The notes beneath the pieces were generated by a model. It searched no databases, was not told the DNA's origin, and saw only the letters and a list, made by a program, of their open reading frames with translations. A stretch of DNA of 64,000 nt from Candidatus Omnitrophota bacterium. Lineage in GTDB: Bacteria > Omnitrophota > Gorgyraeia > Zapsychrales > Fredricksoniimonadaceae. The stretch spans positions 85,353 through 149,352 of the forward strand of contig CAWHFJ010000016.1 of the NCBI GenBank assembly GCA_963828495.1. The letters run 5' to 3'. This document shows, in pieces, positions 1-9,779 of this stretch (position 1 is the first letter of the stretch; the number at the start of each line of letters is the position of its first letter). The position numbers were made by a program, and so were the translations under genes.

Positions 1-1117
1 ATAAGCCCCGGGGTCGTCAGGGAACTCTTGGGTTATACCGGCATATGTCCCCCAGGCCGCATCATCATTTTTAAGTCCTTCCTGGGCTTGGGCCTTTAAA
101 AGCATCGCGGCAATCTTAATGTCACGATCAAGGCCCTTGGCTCCATTGGCCGCAGCCATCAGTTTGTCGAGGATCCCTAACGCCTCATCATTTTTATTCT
201 GCTTCAAGAACGCTTCAACAACGGATAAATGCAATCGAAAAAAAGCGGGATCTTGAAAATTGTCTTTAAATTGCTGATTATAAGAGACAATCAGCTTATC
301 TAACTGCTGGCTCTTTAAAAGGGAGGTAAACCAACGGGTCATGGCTTCCTTAAACACCGGCTTGGAAGGAAAATCAATGATGACCTGGTTAAATAACTTC
401 GCGGCCCCGGCATAGTCTTGCTGGTAAAAAAGCAACTGGGCCTGCTTCATCAGGATTTCCGCTTTGACATCGTCGCTATCGGCAAGACTGAATGCTTTTG
501 AGTATTTCTCCATGGCCTTGGCATAGTCCGCCAGGGTCGTCAAAACATTCCCCCACTGCAAATACGCTTGGGGAGTGTAGCCTCCGCTTGTCTGCACTTG
601 AGTGGCTTTTTCAAAATTAGCGACGGCCTGCCCAAAATTTTTCTGGGCCATAAAAACCTGTCCCAAATAAAAATACAAAGTCTGATAGAAAGGCGGCTCT
701 ACCATAGAGGCATCGACACTCGTCAGCTTGACTAAAGCCTCATCTTGTTTGCCTGTTAGATACAGGCATTGCCCCCACCTGAGGTAATCAAACCACTTTT
801 TTCTATCGTTAGGAAAACTTTTTGCGTATTGTTGATAAAAATCGATGGCCTTAGCATAACTTTTAAGAAAAAAATAACTATCACCGGCTCCCAGATAGGC
901 TTGCGGACAGAAAGGCGCTTTGAGGGTATTGCTGGATGAATTCCTCGAACTCGGATGCGGCCAGTTGATATTGTGATTTATTCAACAGCTGCTGGGCAAA
1001 ATCTATTTTTTCGCCCTCGTGAGTCAGCGCGGACTGGGCACGGGCCACGGGACAAAAAACTGTGCTTGTCACAAGCAGTGTCCCAAGCCCTATTCTTATG
1101 AAAAATGTGGATCTCAT
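1..1117 (-). pseudogene. TPR-repeat protein with N-terminal signal peptide, located downstream of ExbB/ExbD in a YbgF/CpoB-like position. The 3' end runs off the window. The frame is broken by an apparent 1-nt insertion near 904-915.
   Basis: ORF 881-1117 encodes a signal peptide (MRSTFFIRIGLGTLLVTSTVFCPVARA) followed by ...EEFIQQYPQSAF. The TPR helix continues one frame over as PQAYLGAGDSYFFLKSYAKAIDFYQQYAKSFP..., and that frame stays open from 903 to base 1 (own translation). Confidence 0.6.
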
Positions 1118-1533
1118 TCCCGATTTTCTGAAGTAGCAAAAGAAACATCCCTGATATTATTGCGGGCGCAAGCGTCTAACACCTGAATGACGTATTTATG
1201 AAAAGTCCTTTGGTCCGCACGGATAATCACGGATTGCTGTGGGGACAACGCGGTCAATTGATGCAACACGTTGTCCAACGCCGTTTCGCTCAAAATCCTG
1301 CCGTTAACAATAAATTGGCCCTTGACCGTGACATTGATGATAATCTGGGTGCCCGCGCCCCTCATATCATGGGCTGAGGTGGCCTGCGGAATATGGATGT
1401 CCATCTGCGCCTCAATGTTGTAGTACACGCTTAAAACCATAAAAAAAACAAGCGTAAAAAACAAGACGTCGATCAAAGGGATCATCTGGATCTGGGGGCG
1501 ATCATAAATATTTTTGGGGTCAAATCTGGACAT
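1114..1533 (-). CDS. ExbD/TolR family biopolymer transport protein
   Basis: 139 aa with a single N-terminal TM segment (IPLIDVLFFTLVFFMVL) and an ExbD/TolR-type periplasmic domain. It overlaps the downstream TPR gene by 4 nt and lies directly downstream of the ExbB-like gene. Confidence 0.85.
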   Translation of the reverse strand: MSRFDPKNIYDRPQIQMIPLIDVLFFTLVFFMVLSVYYNIEAQMDIHIPQATSAHDMRGAGTQIIINVTVKGQFIVNGRILSETALDNVLHQLTALSPQQSVIIRADQRTFHKYVIQVLDACARNNIRDVSFATSENRE

Positions 1534-1556
1534 AAAATACCTCGAGGTGTTAAACT

Positions 1557-2201
1557 TTACTTTTTGGGACCTGAACCAACAGGTTCTTCAATTAATTTCA
1601 TAACATCGGTCGCATACGCTTCGACCGTATCGGAAATGGCCTGGACCTTGCCGCGAAAATAAGAATAAAAACACAGGCAAGGGATCGCTATCACCAGCCC
1701 CGCGGCCGTACAGACCAATGCTTTAGAAATTCCCCCCACCAGCATAATCGGTTTAAGAGTGCTACCGGCAAAAGAAATCACATTAAAGGCCTGGATCATC
1801 CCTAAGACCGTACCTAATAATCCTAACAAAGGGGCTATGACGGCTATATCGCCTAAATAAGCAATGTTCTGCCACAGCTTGCCCACTTCTTTGTGGGCGG
1901 TATTCTCCATGGCCTCGCGCATCACAACCTTGCCCTTGGAACGCCTGTCTAAACCTGTCAGGGCTATAGCGGCGATGATATTAGATTCTTTTTCGCACAT
2001 GGTCCTCGCCTCTTGAAGTTGATAGCCTTCCAGTTTACGGACAAGGTCCTCGGCAAATTCCACAGGAATAAGCTGTTCAATTTTTATGACCGTAAAATCG
2101 TAGAGGATGATGGCCAGCGCAATGACGGACAAGACCCCCAATACCACCATGGCCCAACCGCCGGCCTGGATAAATTGCCAAAGAGTAATTGTTTCCTGCA
2201 T
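1557..2201 (-). CDS. MotA/TolQ/ExbB family proton channel protein
   Basis: 214 aa with three TM segments and a conserved C-terminal channel region (PLLGLLGTVLGMIQAF ... ALVCTAAGLVIAIP). Confidence 0.85.
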   Translation of the reverse strand: MQETITLWQFIQAGGWAMVVLGVLSVIALAIILYDFTVIKIEQLIPVEFAEDLVRKLEGYQLQEARTMCEKESNIIAAIALTGLDRRSKGKVVMREAMENTAHKEVGKLWQNIAYLGDIAVIAPLLGLLGTVLGMIQAFNVISFAGSTLKPIMLVGGISKALVCTAAGLVIAIPCLCFYSYFRGKVQAISDTVEAYATDVMKLIEEPVGSGPKK

Positions 2202-2286
2202 AGAAAAATCTCCTTCCTTAAAAGTTGCTTTCTAAAATAAGACTTATATAATTCTAACTCATAAAAACGACATGGCAAAGCCAATT

Positions 2287-4047
2287 CTACTGTTGCTGAA
2301 TAACGCGTAAAAGTTCCCGGGCCGCTTCTTGGGGCCCATGGCGTTCCCATCCCGACAATCCCAAACGGGTACGGATCTGCCCCACATAAACTCCCGCTTT
2401 GAAAAAGGCATGAAAATATTTCTCTGCGAGCTCATCGTGCATCTGTCGATATTGAACGGGACCGAATATGTTCGCATAATAAGAATGGACTATGCCGCTG
2501 GTCGTCGTGGTCCCCTTACTCATGACCGTCCCCTCTTTAAATACTTTAATGGCCATCTCAGGGCTGGTGAAGTTTTCAATGATGGGATGATCTTCATCGA
2601 TCTCCTCATAATTATTGGCATATAAAATAAAGTCGATCTTGTGCCCCTTGATCAGATTGTTGAAAGTCGTAACCGGAAGAATAATACGGGCATTCACTTG
2701 GTTCGCATTCATAATAATAGCCCGGTCGATCTGCCCTAAGGCATAGCCGGGCTGTAAATCATCCAGACGTAAAAAAGCGCCGATCTCCGTGCCGTATCCC
2801 AGGATCCCTCCGTCAGATAAAATGTCAAAAGACCCCATATCATCGGCGATAATAATGATGTCCTGGATGTATTCTTCACCCAAAGCCCGAAAAGCCTCCA
2901 GGGTTTCTGATTTACCGGCGCCCGTGTCCCCGATAAAAAGAAAGGTCAAATCTCTATTGCCTTTCAGGATCATCCGTATCATGGCCCCATGAAACGGCAG
3001 ACGAGAGCTCTTTATCATCTTGACATTGTGCAACGTCAGGACCATTTTCTTTAAATAACCGAAATAGCCGAATTCATCACGGCCCGGAATGGCCCCCACT
3101 AACATATTATTGGCTTCATCGTCAAAAAACACCGTCGGCATTTTAGCCAGGCCGTCAAGCTCATTGCCGGGCACGCCGAAAGTATAAACGGCATCGGGGG
3201 GGCGTTCTAAGTCCCGGTCATCCGCCATTTCAAAGAGATTGCACAAAGAAAGCCCCAGGTCTGAAAATTTCTTATGAAAATAGACGAGAATAACCAAGGC
3301 CCCGACCTTAGCCGGATAACACAACCATTCGCTTTTGTTGGGATCAAATAATTCCAAAGGATTTTGAGAGACTTTTTCAAATTTCCCGGAACGTTTATTC
3401 ATAGGAGAATTTAAAATTAAAGGCGGATAAAGGAGTACCTGCCTGATCACAGGAATTTGCTTTAATTTATCATATACACCCGACGGGAGATTAAGCGAAC
3501 GGGAGGATGCAATGACCCCGACCTCCGCCCCTGCAATGACCTGACGATAAATACGCGGATGAGATTGGGTCAGGTTCTCGGCTATGTCCCTGTAAGCGCT
3601 TCTGATCAAATGGCTCAAGGGTTCGACCATATCATTAAAAGTCCTATATGGCCTCTGGTCAAATTCACGATTGGAAGAATCGCAGACAATAAAACGCTCC
3701 ATGGAACGCCAATAGTTGTAAAGGTATTCGATAAAATCATTAAACAAATGCTTGTCTTTTAAAAATAAATCCGAACCCGGAACAATGGCAGGCAAAAGAT
3801 CGGAAGGATTTTTAGTTAAAACTTTCAACACCTTGATAAGAAAGTCGATGTCTTTCTCTTGAGGGCAAGGGTCCTTACCGAAAATATTCAGGAGAAAAGA
3901 GTTCTTACGCTGTAAATCGGCTACACAACGGGACAAAATCTTCTTAAACAAGACACTGTTGATAATATCGTCCGTCGAAAAACAAGCCCTCTCATGAAGA
4001 TGGATAACGACCTTGTCTCCGTATAGGTCGAATGTCGTATTAGGCAT
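2287..4047 (-). CDS. Protein of unknown function with an HPr kinase/phosphorylase-like P-loop domain
   Basis: 586 aa. The C-terminal third carries FLFIGDTGAGKSETLEAFRALG...IIIADDMG..., which closely resembles the HprK Walker A block GDSGxGKSExALEL...ADD. The N-terminal ~350 aa has no motif I recognise. Confidence 0.4.
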   Translation of the reverse strand: MPNTTFDLYGDKVVIHLHERACFSTDDIINSVLFKKILSRCVADLQRKNSFLLNIFGKDPCPQEKDIDFLIKVLKVLTKNPSDLLPAIVPGSDLFLKDKHLFNDFIEYLYNYWRSMERFIVCDSSNREFDQRPYRTFNDMVEPLSHLIRSAYRDIAENLTQSHPRIYRQVIAGAEVGVIASSRSLNLPSGVYDKLKQIPVIRQVLLYPPLILNSPMNKRSGKFEKVSQNPLELFDPNKSEWLCYPAKVGALVILVYFHKKFSDLGLSLCNLFEMADDRDLERPPDAVYTFGVPGNELDGLAKMPTVFFDDEANNMLVGAIPGRDEFGYFGYLKKMVLTLHNVKMIKSSRLPFHGAMIRMILKGNRDLTFLFIGDTGAGKSETLEAFRALGEEYIQDIIIIADDMGSFDILSDGGILGYGTEIGAFLRLDDLQPGYALGQIDRAIIMNANQVNARIILPVTTFNNLIKGHKIDFILYANNYEEIDEDHPIIENFTSPEMAIKVFKEGTVMSKGTTTTSGIVHSYYANIFGPVQYRQMHDELAEKYFHAFFKAGVYVGQIRTRLGLSGWERHGPQEAARELLRVIQQQ

Positions 4048-4111
4048 AATATTAATCTCTCTTATATGGCGGATAATATATCAAGATAATCGGTAGACGT
4101 CACCAATTAAA

Positions 4112-5156
4112 TTATTTTAAAGAAGCCATGTCGATGACGAATCGATACCTCACCTGGGCTTTGAGGACCCGTTCATAAGCTTCGTTAACTTTCCCAATAG
4201 GTATTAATTCAATATCCGCGGTGATGTTATGCTTGCCGCAAAAGTCCAGCATCTCTTGGGTTTCTTTAATACCGCCGATCAAGGAACCGGCCAAACTGCG
4301 ACGCCCCATAATCAAAGAAAAGGCATGAAGTTGCGGCGCGTCGCTGGGAACTCCTAAAAGCACCATGGAGCCGTCGCGCTTGAGCAATCCCAAATACTGC
4401 CCCCAATCCAATTTCATGGATACGGTGTTAATGATCAAATCAAAATGACGGGCCAATTGCTCAAATGTCTGCGCGTCGCTGGTGGCATACACATGGTCGG
4501 CACCCAATCGCTTGGCATCTTCCTTCTTATCCAAAGTCCTGGTTAAAACCGTGACTTCTGCCTTCATGGCATGGGCGATCTTAACCGCCATGTGCCCTAA
4601 GCCTCCTAAACCGACGATGGCCACACGCTTGCCCGGACCCGCCTTCCAATGACGCAAAGGCGAATAGGTCGTAATCCCCGCGCACAACAGCGGCGCTGTA
4701 CGATCCAACGGAAGATTTTTGGGAATACGCAGAACAAAATCCTGGTCGACGACAATCTTGGCGGAATAACCCCCTTGAGCTAAAGTTTTCTTGTCCCCTT
4801 CAAGACTGTTGTAGGTAAAAACCGTCCTGCCGCAGAACTGTTCCAAACCTTCCTTACAATCCGGGCACTCGCGGCAAGAATCAACCATACAGCCAACGCC
4901 CACCTTGTCCCCAACCTTAAACCGCTTCACGCTTTTCCCCACAGCCGTGACAATGCCTGCGATTTCATGACCAGGGACCATCGGATAAAGGGAATTGCCC
5001 CATTCATTACGCACTTGATGGATATCGGAATGGCAGATACCGCAATAAGCGATGTCTATGGCTACATCACGCTGTCCCCACATCACGACGGGTAATTTGC
5101 AACGGCCCCAAAGGTTGGGCGGCATTTAAAACTCCATACGCTTTAATCTGTGGCAT
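4112..5156 (-). pseudogene. NADP-dependent Zn alcohol dehydrogenase (YahK/cinnamyl-alcohol dehydrogenase family), frameshifted as assembled
   Basis: [21 protein letters not shown] and VGLGGLGH motifs; collinear with E. coli YahK to the C-terminus (...RYRFVIDM). The true N-terminus [27 protein letters not shown] lies in another frame, starting at ATG 5156 with an AAGGAGGG RBS. Removing one C from the CCCC run at 5076-5079 joins the frames. Confidence 0.85.
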
Positions 5157-5183
5157 AACTACCCTCCTTGGTAAATATTCTCT

Positions 5184-5580
5184 TTATGGGTGTCTCTTTT
5201 CCTTTAAATAGGCCATGGCTTGAAACTGGGCGAGAATGGCCCCATCTTGATTGGTCACTGTCCCTTGATAGGTGCCTAATTTCCGGCTGCGGGAAACTTC
5301 TCTGACTTCGCGCAAAAATCTCTTCTTTTACAACGGCCGGTTTAATAAAATGAATGTTGGCGCTAATGGCCAAACCTGATTCCTCCGGTGTATTTGACGC
5401 CAAGGCAAAGGCGTAATCGGCCAGAGAAAAAATCACCCCTCCATGGGCAAAATCCAAACCATTAAGAAAATCCTGCTGTATGGTCAATTTGGTCTTGGCA
5501 TAGCCTTTGGCAACCTCGACGATTTGCATCCCCAGATGCTTGGCAAATTTATCATTTAACACAATGTCCTCCTTACGCAC
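5184..5580 (-). pseudogene. PaaI/hotdog-fold thioesterase, frameshifted as assembled
   Basis: The N-terminal part (...FAHGGVIFSLADYAFALA...ISANIHFIKPA) is typical of PaaI. The family-like C-terminus REVREVSRSRKLGTYQGTVTNQDGAILAQFQAMAYLKEKRHP* is in the adjacent frame. The junction is at the AAAAA run 5314-5318. Confidence 0.75.
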
Positions 5581-5593
5581 TGCGGGTCCTTAG

Positions 5594-6026
5594 TCACAAA
5601 TTTACAATATCTTTTTTGCCGACAACCCGAATACCATTCTTGGTCAAAATGTCTATGGCCTTATCCAAATCATCAAACCGAAAAACTAAAATCGCTTTAT
5701 CCGCGCATTTCTCGACAAAAGCATACATATATTCAATATTGATTTTATTCTCATCCAGGACCTTTAACACTTTGGCCAATCCGCCGGGATGGTCCTCCAC
5801 CTCGACCGCCACAATATCGGTCATCGACGCCACAAAGTGATTGGCTTTAAGGATATCTAAAGCATTGTTCAGGATGGTCCACAATCATGCGTAAAACACC
5901 AAAATCTTCATTCTCCGCAATGGTCAGGGTCTTGATATCAATGCCCTTTTCACCCAATATGCGGACGGCATCGTATAACCGTCCTTTTTTGTTTTCTAAA
6001 AAAACAGAGATTTGGGTAATTTTCAT
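5594..6026 (-). pseudogene. Tandem ACT-domain protein (the type usually linked to phenylacetate-CoA ligase), frameshifted as assembled
   Basis: The first ACT domain (MKITQISVFLENKKGRLYDAVRILGEKGIDIKTLTIAENEDFGVLRMIVDHPEQ) starts at ATG 6026 with a GGAGAG RBS. The second ACT domain is ORF 5594-5884. The frames join near 5860-5870. Confidence 0.75.
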
Positions 6027-6044
6027 AAGCCGCGCTCTCCTAAT

Positions 6045-7343
6045 TTATAATGACCTTTTATCAATAATACGTTTGGCCTTGCCTTCGCTTCTTTCAATGG
6101 ACTTGGGCTCAACCAAACGGACTTTAACCCCGATACCTAGCACTGACTCAATCTCTTTGGCAATGTGGTGTTCAAAACTTTGCAGCTTCTTGACCTCATC
6201 TGAAAAGAAAGATTCTTTGAGCTCCACTAATATCTCCAACTGGTCCATCCCCTTTTGGCGCTCAACGATGATTTGGTAATGCGGCTCGGTCCCCTCGATT
6301 TTCAAAAGCACTTCCTCAATCTGGCTTGGGAAAACGTTGATACCCCGCACCACAATCATATCATCGGTGCGTCCCAAAACCTTACTGATCCGCGGGGAGG
6401 TCCGGCCACACGCACATTTTTCATAGTTAATCGTCACAATGTCACGGGTCCTATAACGGACAAGCGGCATGCCAACCTTAGTCAAGGTCGTGACGACTAA
6501 TTCACCGGGAGTCCCCGGCGCTAAATTTTTTAAGGTCACGGGATCAATGACTTCAGGATAAAACACATCGGAAAACACATGCAACCCGTCTTTGCAATGG
6601 CATTCACAAGCCACCCCCGGGCCGATAATTTCCGATAGACCGTAAATATCAATGGCATCGAGACCCCAACGTTTCTCAATCTCCTGACGCATCGCTTCAC
6701 TCCAGGGTTCGGCGCCAAAGATCCCGATTTTCCAGCTGCTGGCTTTAGGATCATAACCTAATTCCTCGGCTGTTTCCGCCATATATACCGCATAAGAAGG
6801 CGTGCACGCCAATACCTTGGGCTTAAAATCCTGCATGATCTTGAGCTGACGCTTGGTCTGTCCGGCAGAACAAGGGATAACGGTCAACCCCAAGAGCTGA
6901 CTGCCATAATGCAACCCCAGGCCTCCGGTAAACAACCCGTATCCGTAAGCAATCTGGATCATATCGCCGGGAACGACACCGGCACAGCACAAAGACCGGG
7001 CAATCACATCCGCCCACAAATCAATATCTTCTTTGGAATATCCGGCAACTATCGGATTACCGGTAGTGCCGCTGGAAATATGAAGTTCACGAATATCACT
7101 CAAGGCAGAAGAAAAAATCCCAAAAGGATAATTGTCTCTGAGATCATCCTTAACTGTAAAGGGCAAATGAACAATATCATCAATCGTTTTAATGTGACGG
7201 CACTGCACGCCGGCGGCGTCAAATTTCTTTCGAAAAACCCGGGAATTTTTATAAATATAATCGACAGTCCCCTGCAGCCTTTGCGATTGAATACCTTTAA
7301 GCGAATTCAACCCCGCACATTCCTTTTCTTTATTAAAAATCAT
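6045..7343 (-). CDS. paaK: Phenylacetate-CoA ligase (PaaK / coenzyme F390 synthetase family)
   Basis: 432 aa, intact, with an adenylate-forming signature (ELHISSGTTGNPIV, YGLSE, VRYRTRD, GRTDDMIVVRGINVFP). Confidence 0.9.
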   Translation of the reverse strand: MIFNKEKECAGLNSLKGIQSQRLQGTVDYIYKNSRVFRKKFDAAGVQCRHIKTIDDIVHLPFTVKDDLRDNYPFGIFSSALSDIRELHISSGTTGNPIVAGYSKEDIDLWADVIARSLCCAGVVPGDMIQIAYGYGLFTGGLGLHYGSQLLGLTVIPCSAGQTKRQLKIMQDFKPKVLACTPSYAVYMAETAEELGYDPKASSWKIGIFGAEPWSEAMRQEIEKRWGLDAIDIYGLSEIIGPGVACECHCKDGLHVFSDVFYPEVIDPVTLKNLAPGTPGELVVTTLTKVGMPLVRYRTRDIVTINYEKCACGRTSPRISKVLGRTDDMIVVRGINVFPSQIEEVLLKIEGTEPHYQIIVERQKGMDQLEILVELKESFFSDEVKKLQSFEHHIAKEIESVLGIGVKVRLVEPKSIERSEGKAKRIIDKRSL

Positions 7344-7832
7344 CGCTTGGCTCCCTCCTGACGGCCTTGAAAGAAATATTCTTTATTCTGTGCCTGTTCC
7401 CGTTTAAAAATATCATCCATAGCCTTGAATCCAGGATTCTTCTTTGATCTGTAAAAATGCGGAGACAACTCCCAGCATGTAGGTGTTTAAAAACATCTTC
7501 TGCTCGCCCACTGCTTGATGGGCACCCCTCAAATAAGAAAAAAGATCTGCCCCGCCTTTTTTAAGCTCGGATTGGAACCTCGCGTATTCACTTTCATACA
7601 AGCAAACCAAAATGTCCACTTGCCCTTCTTCAGGCAGAGGGGACAGGACACAAGCGCCAAACCGCACATAAGATTCTACAGAACCGCCGCGTTGGGCCAT
7701 GCCTTTGACTTCGGATTTCTTGACATGATAGCCGTCATGAAGCGCCGCTCTGGCGCACACTTCAGAGGCCGACAAGACGCCCTGGCCGCCTATCCCATAA
7801 AAAAGCACATTGGTGGTGTTTTTATTCTTCAT
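7340..7832 (-). pseudogene. iorB: Indolepyruvate:ferredoxin oxidoreductase subunit beta, frameshifted as assembled
   Basis: The N-terminus VLFYGIGGQGVLSASEV...MAQRGGSV is typical of IorB. The tail KAMDDIFKREQAQNKEYFFQGRQEGAKR* is in the adjacent frame, and its TGA overlaps the paaK ATG (ATGA). The junction is near 7421-7428. Confidence 0.8.
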
Positions 7833-7851
7833 GTCTTTAATCTTGTTAATC

Positions 7852-7907
7852 TTGGACCGTTTCCACCGGGGCCTTAGGGCCCCATCAAGTTACAACAGAA
7901 CTGTCCC
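7852..7907 (+). repeat. Plus-oriented, more diverged copy of the ~57-nt intergenic repeat. It forms the left arm of a 133-bp inverted-repeat unit.
   Basis: TTGGACCGTTTCCACCGGGGCCTTAG (7852-7877) is the reverse complement of 7959-7984 with 1 mismatch in 26. The inner part ...TTACAACAGAACTGTCCC resembles the TTAYGAYGGAAGTGTCCCC end of the other copies. Confidence 0.8.
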
Positions 7908-7927
7908 TTTTCTATTTTACCAGTCAT

Positions 7928-7984
7928 GGGGACACTTCCGTCATAAGTCTTTATTCTCCTAAGGCCCCGGTGGAAATGGTCCAA
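7928..7984 (-). repeat. Intergenic repeat copy A1 (minus-oriented). It overlaps the iorA stop codon.
   Basis: Minus strand: TTGGACCATTTCCACCGGGGCCTTAGGAGAATAAAGACTTATGACGGAAGTGTCCCC. Near-identical copies lie at 49757-49815 and 63776-63832. Confidence 0.85.
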
Positions 7985-9714
7985 AGGAAAGAGGCAAGAT
8001 GGCGTTGAGCTTGCATACCTTTGCACATAACTCACATCCAACGCACATCACCGGATCAATACTTAAATTGCCGTCTTTATCTTCCAAGATCGCCGGACAG
8101 TCTAGTTTCAGACACAAACCGCATTTTTTGCAAGCCCCCATGTCTATTTTAAATGGGGGTTTGCGTGAACGGTCGACAATTTTACAAGGATGCCGGGCAA
8201 TGATCACTGATAATTTATCTTCCTCCACCCTCGTCTTCAATAAGTTTCTCAAAACCCTCCATATCATAAGGATCAATAACATCGACACGATCAACATTGG
8301 CGGCTTTACATAAATCTTCTAAGGAAAGCTTCTTGGCCACCTTGCCCTGCAGGGTCACACCCGTCGTAGGATTGACCTGGGCACCGGTCATCGCCGTAAT
8401 GGCATTATCCATGATCACCACGACCCCTTTGGTATTGTTATAGGCGGCAGAAATAAGACCGCTTAAGCCCGTATGAATAAAAGTCGAATCTCCAATGACA
8501 GCAATGACCTTTTGATCCAAGGCCGTCTTACTGATCCCTTCAAAAAACGGCACGCTGGCCCCCATGCAAATTTGCGTATGTAAAGACGCCAGCGGCTCTA
8601 AGGCCCCCAGCGTATAGCAGCCGATATCCCCGGCGACGAAAAATCTGCATTTTTTCAACGTATGAAAAGCCGGCCGATGGGGACACCCCGGACAAAGCAA
8701 CGGCCGTCGGGCCTTCTGGGGACGATCATCCCGGTCACGGCCGGCCACAATGCGCTTGACGGCGTGCACACTTAACTCGCCACAGCGCCAAGAAGGTTTC
8801 TTGGCCGTCACCTTTATCCCTTCCTGCTTTAACTGCTCTTCTAAAAACGGCTCTAATTCTTCAATCACATAAAGCTTTTTGACTTTTTTCGCAAAGGCCT
8901 TGATTTTCTTAATCGGTAACGGAAACGACATACCCAGTGTCAGAATGGAGGCTTTAGGATAAGCTTCCCGGGTATAAAGAGCAGACACGCCGCTGACAAT
9001 AAATCCCATCTTCCGGTCTTTGATCTCTGCGCGATTTAATGCCGTATGCTCTGCATATGCCTTTAATCTCAACAGCCGCTTTTCCAAATCCACATGACGA
9101 AGACGGGCATGACCCGGAATCATCACGTACTTGGGAGGATTACTCTCCAAAGAACGCGTTGGCACGTCACGAGTAAGGTCAATTTCAAAAGATTCTTTAG
9201 TGTGAGAAATTCTGGTGGTGATGCGAAATAGCACGGGAATATCAAACTCTTCAGAGATGCGGTAGGCTTCTGCTATATAACGATAGGCCTCGAGAGGAGA
9301 AGAAGGCTCGATTAATGGGACCTTGGCATAAGGCGCTACCCTTCTGGTATCTTGTTCATTTTGTGATGAATACATACCCGGGTCATCCGCTACCACAACC
9401 AAAAACCCGGCATTGACTCCGCTATAGGCGGTGGTCATCAGCGGATCCATGGCCACGTTTAACCCTACGTGCTTAAAAGCTGTTAACGCTCTTTTACCGC
9501 CCAGACAAGCCCCGAAAGCCGCTTCATAGGCCACTTTTTCATTAACGGCCCACTGAGCTTCCAGGCCATCAAAAGTCCCCAGGGTTTCAAGAATTTCAGT
9601 GGAAGGTGTTCCGGGATATCCGGAAGCAAAACAAACACCAGCCACCTTCGCCCCCCAGGCAACAGCCTCATTCCCAGATAAGAATACAGTTTTCTTTTGA
9701 GTTGAATCAGACAT
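7959..9714 (-). pseudogene. iorA: Indolepyruvate:ferredoxin oxidoreductase subunit alpha (TPP- and 2x[4Fe-4S]-binding), frameshifted as assembled
   Basis: ORF 8215-9714 carries the pyrimidine-binding and TPP domains (GDIGCYTLG, GDSTFIHTG). ORF 7959-8297 carries the ferredoxin domain (CKKCGLCLKLDCP...CVGCELCAKVC). Removing one C from the CCC run at 8228-8230 gives ...EKLIEDEVEEDKLSVIIARHPC. The last 8 codons and the TAG stop lie inside repeat copy A1. Confidence 0.85.
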
Positions 9715-9779
9715 AGTAGACTCAATAATAAAAGCGTTATTATAGCCTCTTTATCGGAAAATGACAACTAACAAGAATA

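Noticed and set aside
7877-7927. Micro-ORFs inside the inverted-repeat unit (for example ATGACTGGTAAAATAGAAAAGGGACAGTTCTGTTGTAACTTGATGGGGCCCTAA, 17 codons; also MTEVSP-stop).
   Set aside because: They are very short, not conserved between repeat copies, and can be explained as by-products of the palindromic repeat sequence.
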